From positions 103,981 to 167,980 of the forward strand of contig NW_005434546.1 in assembly GCF_000315625.1 (NCBI RefSeq): a stretch of 64,000 nucleotides of DNA, given 5' to 3'. A model generated the notes under the pieces. It did not search any database. It had not been told where the DNA came from and saw only the letters and a program-made list of their open reading frames with translations. The number at the start of each line of letters is the position of its first letter. The stretch's first letter is position 1. Below, in pieces: positions 13,001-25,973 of this stretch. Position numbers and translations under genes: made by a program. This stretch comes from Guillardia theta CCMP2712 (taxonomy: Eukaryota; Protista; Cryptophyta).

Positions 13001-13746
13001 TTGCCGAGCTCAGGTCCATCGACATGATCCCAGAAGACATGGTCGACCACGCGAGCGCGATCCGTCAGCTCCACCTCAAGGCCGCAAAGCCGATTAACGG
13101 CATCGAAGTCTTCAGGAACCGGCTGGTCAACAGCTCGGTCGTGCTCAAGGCCCTCGACCCCGGGCACAAGCAGATGGGCTACATGGTCGCTGACTTCACC
13201 CGGCTGTCATGGAACGGCTGGTGCATCGTCAACCTGGAGCAGGAGACATTCTTCCAGCCGTCGAGCATGTTGGGACATGGCACCCAGCCCAAACACGGGC
13301 AGGGACATGCGTGGACGCGAGTCGACCTGTACCTCAAGTCATCCAACAAGAAGTTCACGCGGAGAAAGCTGGGAAGTATCCTTGACATCCAGTCGTTTGT
13401 CATCGCGGATCGAGACGTGCAACAAGCTCTGCGGTCGAGCGAGAAGAGCAGGAGCTTCGTCCGTCTCAACACAGGCAGCCACCTCTACCAATCTCAAAAG
13501 CTGCAGGCCCAGCAAGCCAAGAGGTCCAAGAAGAAGAAACAATCGCGGGTAGAGCCTGAGACAGGTGTCGCTCTAGATACAGCTTGCGTGCTTGAGGTGA
13601 TAGGATACATCAGCCACCATCTCTCACAGAAAGAGCTCGACGATGATGGGGAGGAAGAGACGACGATCCGAGAGGAGGAGACGACTGAAGGGGTGGCGCA
13701 GTCAGAGGAAGGAGCAGTGGAGGGAGAGGAGATGGAAGACGAGTGA
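7006..13746 (+). CDS. Four-domain voltage-gated-type cation channel alpha subunit (NALCN/Cch1/Cav/Nav superfamily)
   Basis: The 1699-aa ORF 8647-13746 plus upstream exons encode four 6-TM repeats. S4 segments: AFRLLRIFRILTKIR, LPALRFYRLMSY, KVVRMSRALRPLRLMKR, ARVFRLMRVIRLMK. Four pore loops are present, with S6 motifs such as LNNLFVAVIIENF and MLNLFIGMILDNF. The C-terminus is EF-hand/IQ-like. The start codon is tentative. Confidence 0.95.
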
Positions 13747-13799
13747 GAGGTACAGGTGCATCATATGTGTGATAGCATTTACACTTTGTTACAATACAA

Positions 13800-16700
13800 T
13801 CTCCCTCCCGTCTCGCATGCTCGAAGTCTGAGGGCTACTGGTCATGTACAAAGGTGTCATGTGAGCGATCAACTACCTTGCCGGCTTCTCCTTGGAAGAC
13901 AGAAATCTTGATGTTCTACCAGCACTTTTAGAAACACTGCCACATAGGGGCAGAGGAGCTGATGGTGAGGAGGAGAGTGGAGATCAGGTGGAATGGTAGC
14001 AAGGGAACGGGGAAGGAGTGAAAAGGTATCAGGGAGTGGGACGGGACGTACATGTCCTCTGCGGTTGACAGTCAGGTCAAGCTCTTGCTCCCCGACGCCC
14101 TCCCTCAGCATGGGCCCGCATCTAGAGCAACATGTCAGGCCCAGCTCTCTTCCAGCATATCAAGTCACGTGGAGCTGTTGGTGAGAGCGCCGTTGATGAC
14201 TTTGATCTCATCGCCTTCCTGCCCTTGACGTCATTCATGCCCAGCAGAGCAGCTGAGAAACCGTCAGGCCTGCACGAGCTGCGATGGAGCCTGGAAGGAT
14301 CCTGATGATCCTCTGCTCGAAGAATTCAGACGGGGGGAGGGGGAAGGAAGGGAGGAAAGCGACAGGGAGGGAGAGAGAGGAGAGAGGGGGAGGGAGGGAG
14401 GGAGACGAGGGAGATGAGGGGAGGAAGGGAGGGAGGCAATAGGGGAGGGACGGGGGGCGGAGGAATGACAAGACTTGGAGGGCAACAAAGAGAGGAGTGC
14501 GTGACCGTGCTGTCCAGGTAGAGCCCCAGGCTTGCGCTGCTGGACTTGCTGGATGTTCTATCTGCTGTAGACGACTTTGGGTTCCAAAAGGTGCGAGTCA
14601 TCAAAGGGCAGGACCAACTCGCATCCTACCTCGTCTTGTCGTCCTCCTCCTCCCCTCTCCTCCTCCCCTGACATCTCAAGTGACCATCACCTATCGATGT
14701 CAGGCAGCTACCTTGATAGCTGGGATGAGAGCTCGAGAACTTGCTCGTGATGTCGTCGGCATCAAAGCCTGACACCATCATGCCTTACAGGCACCCCCAG
14801 CAACAAACTCCTCGTTTTCCTCCCCCCCCCATTCCCCTTTTCCAACCCGCCCCAACTGCTCATTTTCCTCCCCCTCTCTTCCTCCTCCTCCCCCCTCCCC
14901 CTTACCAGCTTTCTCTAGATCAAGGGATTGGACGGAGTCGCTATCCTTGCTTTCTTGCGATGCGAAGCTCAACCTGCAAATATTTCTCAACCATCATCCA
15001 GCATCTCAGTATCTTCAATCTCCTTCTCTACTCCGGCTCATTCCCCTCTCTTTCTTTCACTCGTCTTCCTCCCCTTTCTCCTCCTCCTCCTCCCGACCTG
15101 TCAGGTGTCCGTCTCTTGCTCTCCAGCTCGATCGCCCTCTCAAATGCTGACTCAATCTCTTGCACTTTCTGCGCATCAGTGAGCCTCCTCCTCCTCCTCC
15201 TCCTCCTCCTCCTCCTCCTCCTCCTCCTCCTCCTCCTCCTCCTCTCACCGCTTCCAGCTTCTCCCGCTGCAACAAGAAATGCCGAAAGATGTTTCGCTGC
15301 CATGGTAACGGTCAGACTTGACACGAGAGACTTGCGGGAGACTTTCTCTTCCTCGAAGCTTCTCAGCAAAGCGCTCTTCTCCTCCTGCCGGTTCAGGGTG
15401 ATCGGTTACACGATGGTTACAAATCTGCGAAAGGAGACTGACATCCCAGGAAGACTTGGAGGGCCCGCGGTTGTCTTGCTGAGACTGAAAAGATAATGAG
15501 AGAGGAAGGAGGAGGAAGAGGAGGTAGTGGTGGTGGAGAAGGTGGTGGAGGAGGAGCTCATAGAGTAGGAGGATGAGCAGGGGCAGGAGCAGGATTGTGT
15601 TGGTGGGTGGTGGACGGGGAGGGGGGGGGGGGGGGCGGAGGAGGCGCATAAGGAGCAGGAGGAGCGATGAGAACGTACCTGGCTGCCTCCAGCAGTCATC
15701 TGCAAACTTCAAAGTCAGTAATGGGGCGCAAGGGGAAGCGGTGAAATACTCGAGCGATCTGATCGTTCAGCCTCTTGACTTCTCCCTGCAGAACTTGTTC
15801 GCTCGACGACCTGCAACGTGAGTAAGGAAGAGGAAGAGAAAGAGAAGACATATTGGAGAAGTGCACGCATGACATAAGGACAAGCAGGCGATCAGGAGAG
15901 GAGAAGCAGAAGAAGATGACGAGTCATGAAACTGGAAGAAGAAGAGGAAGGCTGGAGTGGAGGTAGAGGAGAAGAGGAGGAGAGTGGGGAGGAAGAGGTA
16001 GAGGAGAAGAGGAGGAGGGTGGGGAGGAAGAGAGCTGTGGTAAATTTGATTTCACCTTTCCTTTAGCACAATGTCCATCTCCTCCAGATTGACTTCCACT
16101 GAGCCTAGTGGTCAGAAAGGGAAAGAACAGGGAGACAGAGGAGGGGAGCAGAGAGGGGAGGAGAGGAGAGGAGAGGAGAGGAGAGGGAGGAGAGGAGGAG
16201 GAGAGAGAGGAGGAGGAGAGGAGGAGGAGAGAGAGAGGAGAGGAGAGAGAGAGAGAGGAGAAGGAGGAGGAGGAGGAGGANNNNNNNNNNNNNNNNNNNN
16301 NNNNNNNNNNNNNNNNNNNNNNNNNNNNNNNNNNNNNNNNNNNNNNNNNNNNNNNNNNNNNNNNNNNNNNNNNNNNNNNNGAGAGGAGAGCAGAGGAGAG
16401 CAGAGCAGAGCAGAGCAGAGCAGAGCAGAGGAGGAGAGGGAAGGGAAGGGGAGGAGAGGGGAGGAGAGGAGAGGAGAGGGGCGGGGAGGGGAGAAGGGAA
16501 GAGGGGAGAGGAGGGAAGAGCAGAGGAGTGCAGGAGAGCTCGAACATGATAGTCTCTCCTTCTTTTCTTGAATCAATTCCGACTGTAATTTCTTTGCGGA
16601 AGTGTCAAACTTTGACACATAGTTTGACATTCGACTGAGCAGACCTGAACCGTATCTTCGAGCTCTTGTAGCCTTCCATAAGAAGTTCCCTTGATAATTG

Positions 16701-17731
16701 TCAGGAGCTTGCAAGGTGAGGAGAGGAAAAGGAAGAAAGTCGAGCAGCACAGAAGAGGAGAGAAGAGGCCAGGACAACAAGACTGAAGCAAGGAGGCGAG
16801 CGCGAAAGAATAGACAAGAAAAGATCACAATACACAAGGAAGCGATGATAGTTTCACAGCCGGAATCAAACACTGGTTATTGCTGCCAGGGAGATCAACA
16901 AGAATGAGAAGAGAGGGAAAGAGATCCATCAACAGGAGAGCATGACAGGAGTTGCACCTGAAAGTCCCTGAAGTTGTCGAACACCTCCGACGATCTGTTC
17001 ATCAGCACACGTCAAATCAGGTCGACGGCGCCGCATGTCTCGCACTCACTCTGAATCAACTCGATTGAGGTGTGTCTGCTTTGTGTACGTTACAACTATA
17101 CATTCAACTGGCACAAGGGAGGCCAAGAGGAGGGAGGGGAGGGAGAGAACGAGGAGGAGAGGTAGGAGGAGAGGGGAGGAGGCAGACGAAGGAGATAGAG
17201 GAGCGATTTGAGGCATACAGGAGCGATTTGAGGAGGAGGCGGTAGATGAGGGAGGGAGGGAGGGGGGAAGGAGGGAGGGAGGGAGGGAGGGAGGAGCACA
17301 AGGATGTACCTGTCTCAAGTATTCCTCCTCCAACTCCTTCTGTAGTTTGCGATTTTCTGCCTGAAATCGATGGGAAGCAAAACAGCCGAGTCAATGCCTC
17401 TCAACATCTCTCTGCCACCTCCTCTGACTTTTCTCTTTCCCCTTCCTCGCTTTCTCTTCCTTCCTGATTCCCTCGCATGTCACACTCTTGTGTTCACCTC
17501 CACTACCTCCTTTTTCTCCTCCTCCTCCTCCTGCTCTCTTGACATCAATCCATGTCTGGTTCTCCTTTCCCAATCATAGAGGATTCCATTTTTCTCTCAC
17601 CTGCAAGACTGAAAGCGCGTCCTTTGCCTCCTGGTACTTGTTCGCCTGACCGTCAAATGTAAGATAAATGGGTGCCGAAATCACCATCACCATCACCATC
17701 ACCACCATCACCACCACTACCATCATCATCA

Positions 17732-17766
<35 letters not shown>

Positions 17767-20700
17767 ATCATCATCATCTCCTAATCCCAATCTTCATCGT
17801 ATTAACAACTTGATCATTCTCACAAGTTCAAGAACGCTGTCGAATTCCATTCTAGCCTGCTATCATGTTCAAATATTTGCACCGAGCAAAAACTTGTTGA
17901 GACCTCTAAAAGTTTGCAGAGATCATGTCAGCAACTCGTGAGATTAAGAGAAAAATGAGGAAAGGAAGAAAGAGGAAAAAAGAAAGGGAAAAGGAAAAAC
18001 GATCAGGAGTACAGAAGCGAAGAGCGGCAAGAGGAGAAAGCGTCAATGAGCAAAGAGGAGAAACAACAGAGAAGAGAGAGTTCGGCGTTCACCAGGAGAA
18101 TACTTGAGGACAAGTTCCATCTGCATCGAGGGTTTGATTGCTGCAAAGGCGGCAAAGTTTGAGATCCAACAGGAGAGAAGAGAGAGGAGGTAGAGGAGTG
18201 GACGGAAATTTTGACAAGAAGTAATTGAAAGAGAAAGGATAAGGAGATTTTGAAAACGAGAGATTGAATGGGGGAGGCTGTGAGCGATTCCAGGAGTAGG
18301 AGAGGAGGAGGAGGCTGGTTGTTCCCTGGTGCGGTAAGGGGACAGAAAGCAGGGGCAAGGGAAAGAGAGACAGAGAGGGAAGGGCATGCTCCGAACAGGA
18401 CGAGCAGATTGTGAGAGAAGACGCTGGAGGGTTGAGGAGAGGACCTGGGCTGCTGACGGGCTTTATAGAAGTTAGAAGAAACGAATCTGTGAGATTCAAT
18501 TCACCTTAGGCTCCCAAGAGCATTTGAAGACATGAAACATTTGATGGAATGTGGGCCTGCTGTTGGGGTTGAAATTCAAACAGCCCTGGAGGAGGAGGAG
18601 GAGGAGGTGGTGGTGGTGGTGGTGGTGGTGGAGGAGGAGGAGGAGGAGGAGGAGGAGGAGGAGGAGGAGGAGGAGGAGGAGGACGAGGAGGAGGAGGAGG
18701 AGGAGGAGGAGAGGAGGAGGAGGAGGAGGAGGAGGAGAGGAGGAGAGTGGAGAGAGAGAGAGNNNNNNNNNNNNNNNNNNNNNNNNNNNNNNNNNNNNNN
18801 NNNNNNNNNNNNNNNNNNNNNNNNNNNNNNNNNNNNNNNNNNNNNNNNNNNNNNNNNNNNNNAAAGAGCAGAAAGAAGAGAGGAGAAGAGAAGAGAGAAA
18901 GACGCAGGAAAAAGTGTCACCGACAAGAACAAGAGAATTGAACTCCTGAAGAGATGTTTGATTGCAAAGCTAGCACGATCACATCATACACTCGCACGGC
19001 ATCAACCCTTCCCAGACATGGAATCCGAGTATACTGAAAACGCTCTTGATAATTCACATCAATAGAACACGAGCAATCACAGAATTTCGTTTAAAAAAAC
19101 CGCAATCATCCGTCTTACTCGAATCAAATTCTCAAGAGGCGATGGAAGTCCAGGAGGGATTTGAGGTATTTCTTTGTTGAGAACCTGGTGGAAACATTGA
19201 TATGGGGAAACAAGAAGGGAGAGGTCCTGTAACCAGCCTGCCCCCACTCTTTCTCCTCCTCCTCCTCTTCCCCCTGCTCCTCCTGCTCCTCCTCTCCCCC
19301 TTGCTCCCCCCCTCCGTCTCCTCCATCTCCTCCATGCAGCCTCCTCCTCTCGTCTCTGACCTTCCTCACAATAGGCGCCATCTTGATCCCGTCCCAAGGC
19401 TTCACTCCCTGTAACACCCTCAGCCCAACCAGAGGACAAGGGAGAACAAGAGAGGAGGAGACAGGAGGAACAGAAGAACGGATGAAGTAGGAGGATAGAG
19501 GAAGCAGAGAGTCAGAGAGGATGATAAAGGAACGAAAAGGGAGCGTGGGGAGGAAGATGTTTGGGGGATGTTACCGAGAGCATCTCGATCAAGCTGCATG
19601 CGAAGCTCCACGAGTCCGCCTTGAAGGTGACACCTTGCGAGAGGAGTGATCAGATGAGCGGAGAGAGAGCGAGAAGGAGGGAGAAGGTTGAGGAGCAAGA
19701 AGGAGAGGGAGAGGAGGGAGGAAGAGGGAAGGTGTGAAAAATGGAGAGGGAAGGAGAGGGGGAAGGGGGGAGGGAGAGGGAGAGGCAGCGGGAGAGGCAG
19801 AGGGAGAGGCAGCGGGAGAGGCAGAGGGAGGGAGTGGGTAAATTGTTCAAGATGCAAAGAATGGGTACCAGTCAACAGTACGATATAAGACAGCGGGGGG
19901 CATAACGAGGATGAGAGGGAGGAACAGTGAGGAAGAAGGGGGGAGCAGGGTTCAGGGAGCAGGATACCGCCAAAGAGTTCTGGGTCGAAGGATTCGGGTG
20001 ACATGTAGTTGAAAGTGCCTTGGACGTTGGATGGCATGTGAACTCCAATAGTCTCTGAAGAGATAGCAGGAGGACAAACGAGCACAGAAGAAGGGGAAAG
20101 GGAACATGATGTGGAAGGGGAAAAACAGGAAGCAGGAAAGAGGCGGGAGGGCAAGGAGGAAAATCCACAAGGAGGGAGTAGGGAAGTGGAGAAGGAACAG
20201 GAGGAGGACAGTTAGGAGATATCATATGAGCAAATCATGAACAACTCTCTATCACTCTCGATATCCCAAAGTCCGCCACGACACAGTGATCAAGATCGTC
20301 TGAAGGTGCTGGTTCAGGGGAAGACAAGGTCAATTCTGCAAGCTTTCCTATCAAGAAGTTGGGAGGCTTCAGGTCCTGCGATCGCCCATGTCATGTCAGA
20401 CGTGTGCACACAACATGGGAAGTACCTGTGAGATGATATTTTGGTCGTGGAGTTCGGCTACTGCCTTGCAGATCTCCAGCCCATATCGCTGAACTTCCGC
20501 GAGGGGGAGCTTTCCACCAGGATATCTGGAAGCAGCCTTGAGCTGAGGTGGAACAACATGCGTCTGCTCTTTCAGCATCACCTTCGCATTCTTGACAACA
20601 TGCTCTCTCTATACAGCTTCATCACGATGCACATCTTGCCCTGACAGCACGTCATGCTCAACACCAGATGAAAGTCACTTTGACATCTTTGTTCGTCGTC

Positions 20701-21088
20701 CCGTACACCTGAAAGCATAACTGCTGTGAGTTTACGATCTTCCGCGCAACAAGAGCAGGTCAGGACCTTGCAGACGTTGTGGCAACGGAGAGCAGCCATG
20801 AAGAGCACAGCTGTCTCTCGTGTGAACATCAGCCGTTCCTCCTGTAGCAACAAGTCACGGTAGCGCACGGGAGCAAGGCAGGCCACCTCATGAACAGCAG
20901 ATGGATACTTCTTTACCGCCACGTCATGCTGCCCGCTCTCTTCGTGAAGCGTTCCCAACCAAACCTACGCACAAACATCACAAGCCGCCATGAACAAGCC
21001 AACCAACCTCTCCGATGCCTCCCTCGTTCGTGAGAAGCCTTTTCAGCTGCACTCGCTCGGGCTTAATATAAAACTGGTCGCGATCCAT
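13800..21088 (-). CDS. Ser/Thr protein kinase (KEG-like kinase domain) with coiled coil and C-terminal PDZ-like region, multi-exon
   Basis: Exons give MDRDQFYIKPERV...GGIGE|VWLG, DVAVKKY, QDLKPPNFLI, VVADFG, GTFNYMSPE, KADSWSFACSLIEM and KPWDGI. Downstream are coiled-coil exons (~15000-18100) and a PDZ-like RILPGSIAARAGL...GDEIKVING (~14320-14185). Two N gaps fall in introns. The 3' end is approximate. Confidence 0.85.
16281..16380. other. Assembly gap (100 N)
   Basis: N run inside a GA-rich intron. Confidence 1.
18763..18862. other. Assembly gap (100 N)
   Basis: N run inside a GA-rich intron. Confidence 1.
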
Positions 21089-21323
21089 GATCTTGTGGTT
21101 GCCGCTGCTTACTGCTCAAGCCCTTTCACTCCCCACGCATGGCATCGCCTACCAAAATGTCAGTCGCAACGGGGGTTTAGGGGGTTGACGAAGATACAGT
21201 TACACACTGCTCGTTAGCACCCCATCTTCCTTCCTCCCTTCATCTCCTCATAACCTCACCATCTCTCCTCCTTCATCTTTCGTCCTTATCTTCCCCTCAC
21301 TCTCCCCTCTCCCCTCTCCTCTC

Positions 21324-21563
21324 NNNNNNNNNNNNNNNNNNNNNNNNNNNNNNNNNNNNNNNNNNNNNNNNNNNNNNNNNNNNNNNNNNNNNNNNNNNNN
21401 NNNNNNNNNNNNNNNNNNNNNNNNNNNNNNNNNNNNNNNNNNNNNNNNNNNNNNNNNNNNNNNNNNNNNNNNNNNNNNNNNNNNNNNNNNNNNNNNNNNN
21501 NNNNNNNNNNNNNNNNNNNNNNNNNNNNNNNNNNNNNNNNNNNNNNNNNNNNNNNNNNNNNNN
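21324..21563. other. Assembly gap (240 N)
   Basis: N run between the divergent kinase and EFG1 genes. Confidence 1.
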
Positions 21564-21631
21564 NCTCCCCTCCTCCTGTCTCTCCTCCCACAATCCAGGT
21601 TCCTACCTAACTCTCTCCGGCGTTCCGAGGC

Positions 21632-22465
21632 ATGAAGGAGCAAGAAAAGAAAAAGAAAAAGGGCTCCTCGCTCAAGCAGCAGCTCAGGGGGGTTGAGCGG
21701 CTTCTGAAGCGAGACCTGACGCCAGAAGCGCGGGCTGCGCATGAGAAGAAGTTGAAAGAGATTAAGAACAGCATGGAGAATAAGAAGAAACAGGAGCTGG
21801 AAAGGAAATACAGCAAGAAATATCACATGGTCAAATTCTTCGAGAAGAAGAAAGTAACTAGAGCTATGAAGAAAGTTGAGCGGCAACTCAAGGAGGAGGA
21901 AGACGAAGAAGCAATCAAGAAGTTGCGCGAGGAGGAAGAGCAGTTGCGGCAAGACTTAGATTACATCGTCCACTTTCCAAACGACATGAAGTATGTTTCT
22001 CTTTTCAAGACAGCCGATAAGGAGAAGGTGGAGAAAATGAGGGTAGTTGTGAGAGAACGGAGGGAACAGGCTATCAGAAAGTCGATGGAGGAACCGAAGA
22101 GTGAGGATGAAGCGGACAATGATGAAGGTATGCGACTCTTGTTGTACTGTCCATTCTTGATGATACGGTGGATGCTTTGAGTTTGTTGTGGGAACTTTGA
22201 ATTATGAGGGAGAGGGGATTGGTTAGGTCATTGTTGTGACGACGATGATTGCAGAAGAACAAGACGATTTCTTCATGAATGTTGAAGATGACGAGAACAA
22301 AGCTTCTGATGAGAACCAAGAAGCTGGTGGGGGTGAAGATACAGAACACAAGCAAGGAAAGAAGAAGGACAAGAGGTGATGTTTCTGGAGCACTCTTGTG
22401 TAAGATCCTAATGAAATCGTAGGTTACCTGATCGAAACAGGAAGAAAAAGAAGAGCAAAGATTGA
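21632..22465 (+). CDS. EFG1: rRNA-processing protein Efg1
   Basis: Motifs SLKQQLRGVERLLKR, KKYHMVKFFEKKKVTR and DLDYIVHFPNDMKYVSLF are typical of Efg1. The acidic/basic tail lies in two further exons ending at TGA 22463-22465. The 5' end is next to an assembly gap. Confidence 0.9.
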
Positions 22466-22571
22466 GATCCTTGCAGCGAGGAGGTCACGTCGCACATTGC
22501 ATGGGAACTAGAAGAATACAAAGTCGAGATATTCATTTTTACACATACATGTTTATCAAGATTAACTTGGT

Positions 22572-23882
22572 TTAGCTGTTTGAGCCTTTTGTGCTTTGTT
22601 GGCCCTCCAATCTTCTTATCTTCTTCAGGAGCAGCTCCTTCTTAAAGGTGTCGCCCAGTCTCTCTGCCTTTTCAAGTTCCCTGACAACACGCGTGAGTGA
22701 CGCAAGGCAATAGTCGTAGAGCCTTACCGCTTCAGCTTCGAGAGCTTACTGCTAGAGTGTTCGGTCGAGGGCACGGCGGACTGAATCATCTCCATCGTAG
22801 CTCCTACAAGTCAAGAACACTTGAGAGACTGTAGCAAGGCGATTCGCTAATACCTCTCAGCTTCTTGTTCTGCCCTTGCTCCTCCTCCTCCATCTCCTCA
22901 ACCTGGACCACCGGCGATACGAAAGGATCGATCACTGTGCTCAACCGTCTTGGACGTTCGATGGTGCCCAGGTCCCGGTACATGCCTTCAAGGTGCTTCC
23001 TGACAATATTACGCTCAAGAATGTCCCCCACCACCCCACCCACTCCCCGCGGGCCGCAACCCCCTCTTGACGCACAGAACAAACTTCCTTGTCTCCCTTT
23101 CCCACCCGTCTCGTCGCTCTCCTCACCTAGCAGCCTTTCTATGGATTTCATCCATGATCCGATGCCTCTCCCTGCCGTCCTCGGAGATGCCCAGGTCGAA
23201 GAGACCAGCACCCTCCATCATCATAGACATCTCGTCATCCACTCTCTCTTTTCTCCTGATCGGATGGCAAGCTTGTACTCTTCCACTCGCTTCCTTGTGT
23301 CCGACATGACCTTCTTGTCCTCCAGTTTTCCCATGCTTCCGTTGTACGTGATCTGCAAGCTGAGTGAACAAGGTAGAGGTTGTCTAGAACAAACACCAGC
23401 ATCTGCCGTTTATCCTCTGCTTCCAGTTCCTGTCAAACTATCAGACCCCCTTGCTCCAGTAGCATTCCTTCCGTACCTGCAGCTCATACTGCAGAACCAA
23501 CGCGACCATCTACAAGGAACGACATGAGAGGAGTGATTTCGACGTCTCTCAGAGCAATCAATGTAAGACGCACGTTCTGTTCATCTTTGGAGGCAAGCTG
23601 TGCCGCCTCTTTGAGGAGCTTCATCCTCAGGACTCTGGCGATGACAAGAGATCACCAGGCAAGGAGGAGAGATCATGGAGTACCTGGAGACCTTCTCGCC
23701 AGCCTGCTCGTACAAGAAATCTATCACTGCCTGAATCATCTTCAGCTCCGATATAAATCGCTGCTCCTGCTCCGTGTAGTTTCTGTCGCTCGCCTCTCCT
23801 GCCATCATCCTCGCATCCGCGTCATAATCGCTGAGGTTCACCATCGCAGAGAAGAATTCCTGTGCAATCAGTCAGCCCAAGG

Positions 23883-23920
<38 letters not shown>

Positions 23921-24875
23921 GGCAGCAGCAGCAGCAGCAGCATTAGCAACATGTATCATTCACAGACTTGGTCATCGAGTCTCTTGGACAGCCTCCAGTT
24001 GATTCGGAAGATTCGCTCCTGCAGCAGGTCCAACGCCTGACCACAACCATCGAAAATTCATCCAGGGTAGACAACACCAGCGTACTCACAGTCATGTTCC
24101 TGTACTCCACGTCGGCAAGATCTGCACCATTCCGCAACAGTGCCAGGATACAGTCGAGGTCTCCCCGAAGGCAGGCGACCATCAGTGCATTCTGCTCGTC
24201 CCACTTCCTGCGAGCATGGACCGAAGCGCCCATGTTTACAAGAAAGTCGATCATAGCCGGCGACCCTTGACCTCTATCAAGCTCTATGTAGGAGTCCTCC
24301 ACATCGATCAGGTGCCCAGAACCTGCAGCGAGCATGACCAGTGGGATTCCTTTGCTGTTCGGGATATGCACCGAGGCCCCTTGATCTATCGCCTGTTTCG
24401 CCGCGTCCAAATCGTTACGCTTGACAGCGACAACGAGCTTCCTATTGAGCGCCCGGAATCGTCGCTCGTTCTTAGCTTGCAGCTCAGCAATTGACATCCA
24501 GATCGCAAGCTCGTCCTCGTTTTGGATCGGGGGATGGTAGAAAAGGTTGGGGAGGTCTTCAGCAGACGCCCGGAGCTCCTCGTTATCATACCATACATTC
24601 TCGTCGAGTCTCGATCTGACCATGGACACATCCGTCCCGTCTTCCATGAACACCCTAGCAGGCTCAGAGAGCAGTCTCGTCCCCTTCCCTTCTAAAGCTT
24701 TCAGTCTTTGTTCCTTTTTCCTCTTCCCTGCGCTCCTTGCTGCGTCGTTTGCTTCCTTCCTGTAGCTCGCCCTCAATCGAGCGTTTTCTTTCGAGGAGTC
24801 ACTCTGTGCATGTGAGCAAGAAGCAAGGAAGGAGAGGAGGAGGAGGAGGAGGAGGAGGAGGCGTCTATCACCCAT
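22572..24875 (-). CDS. Ankyrin-repeat protein with N-terminal signal-peptide-like sequence, multi-exon
   Basis: Hydrophobic leader [23 protein letters not shown], then ankyrin repeats (GIPLVMLAAGSGH, QNALMVACLRGDLDCILALLRNGAD). In-frame GT-AG splicing continues through the 23860-22572 exons to TAA. Confidence 0.75.
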
Positions 24876-24929
24876 GCCCTAGAGCGCCCCCCCACTCATT
24901 TTCCATGGGTCTCATTGATTGGGGACCTC

Positions 24930-25330
24930 ATCCCCGGGCCTGGGCTACCGGCGCAGCAGCCCGGCGCAGTACCGGCCAGAGTGACCGGCGGGCCAGCTGG
25001 CGGGCCCGGGCTACTGCGGCCGGGGGGCACCGACCGCCTACCGGGTCCGCCCTCCGAGGCTCAGTCATCGGATGATCACTTTCTGTCAGTGTCACCGTGG
25101 CCGCCGCCGGAGTCACATCCGATCCGGGACCGGGATGACTCGAGTGCTCAGTGACCTTTGGCTCAGTCGTGGGGCCCAAGTTCAAGAAGCTAAGTTAAAA
25201 ACTGCTTAGCCCGGGCCGGCATGGGCGCTCAGGGCGGCGGTCGCCATCCGATGATCGGCCCGCGGCCCCGCGGCCGGGGGCGGCGCACCGCCGGGTCACG
25301 GGCGTCACTGGCGCGGCCAGTGACACTGTC
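24930..25330. promoter_or_regulatory. CCGG/GGCC-rich island between divergent ankyrin and beta-propeller genes
   Basis: Same composition as the other islands, and contains the reverse motif AGCTAAGTTAAAAA at 25188-25201. Confidence 0.5.
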
Positions 25331-25973
25331 AACGGATGTAACGGCTGTTGACCTGGTTTGACTCGGAGGTTCGTTATCCTCAACTGCCCCCCCACCCCTA
25401 CCCCCATCTGCAAACTACCCCTGGATCCTCATGAATACCACCCTACCCCTTTTGTGAGATCACACAATCCTTCTTCTTGTAGAGTCTCTCAGAAACCCAT
25501 CAAGTATGAATATCTTATAGTTTTGTCGCTATACTCAAAAGGGGTTCCCTTGACCTTGCTCTGCCTTTTGGGTGCACCACACGTACCCTGCTCTCTGTCA
25601 GCGTACCCCCACCCCTTCACCTTCCTCCATTGCTCCTTCCTCCTTCCTGTACAACCCCCGTCTCCTCACCTTTCCTGCCTCCCTCCTCTTCACTTCTGCT
25701 CTAGTAGCTTCTATAGTGCTCTTCATACCCCCTCCCCCAGGCCCTTCTATTACGCTCTTGAACCCCTCCTCTCCTCTTCCATCATCATCCTACAGTTCTC
25801 TTTACCTCCAATCTACTTGTCATCCTACCCTTGATCCTATACTATAGAGCTCTCAACCTTTTATTCATTCTCTTCTCTTCATATCAGCCGTAAACCATCG
25901 CAGATTCTCTCTTCCATCAACCTTTTTCAGTTCATACAACGAGTGTCGCTTCATACAACAGACATCAGCTGCC

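Noticed and set aside
12123-13167. Overlapping ORFs (12123-12632 plus, 12289-13167 minus) within the channel gene
   Set aside because: These are shadow ORFs caused by high GC3 in the real coding frame.
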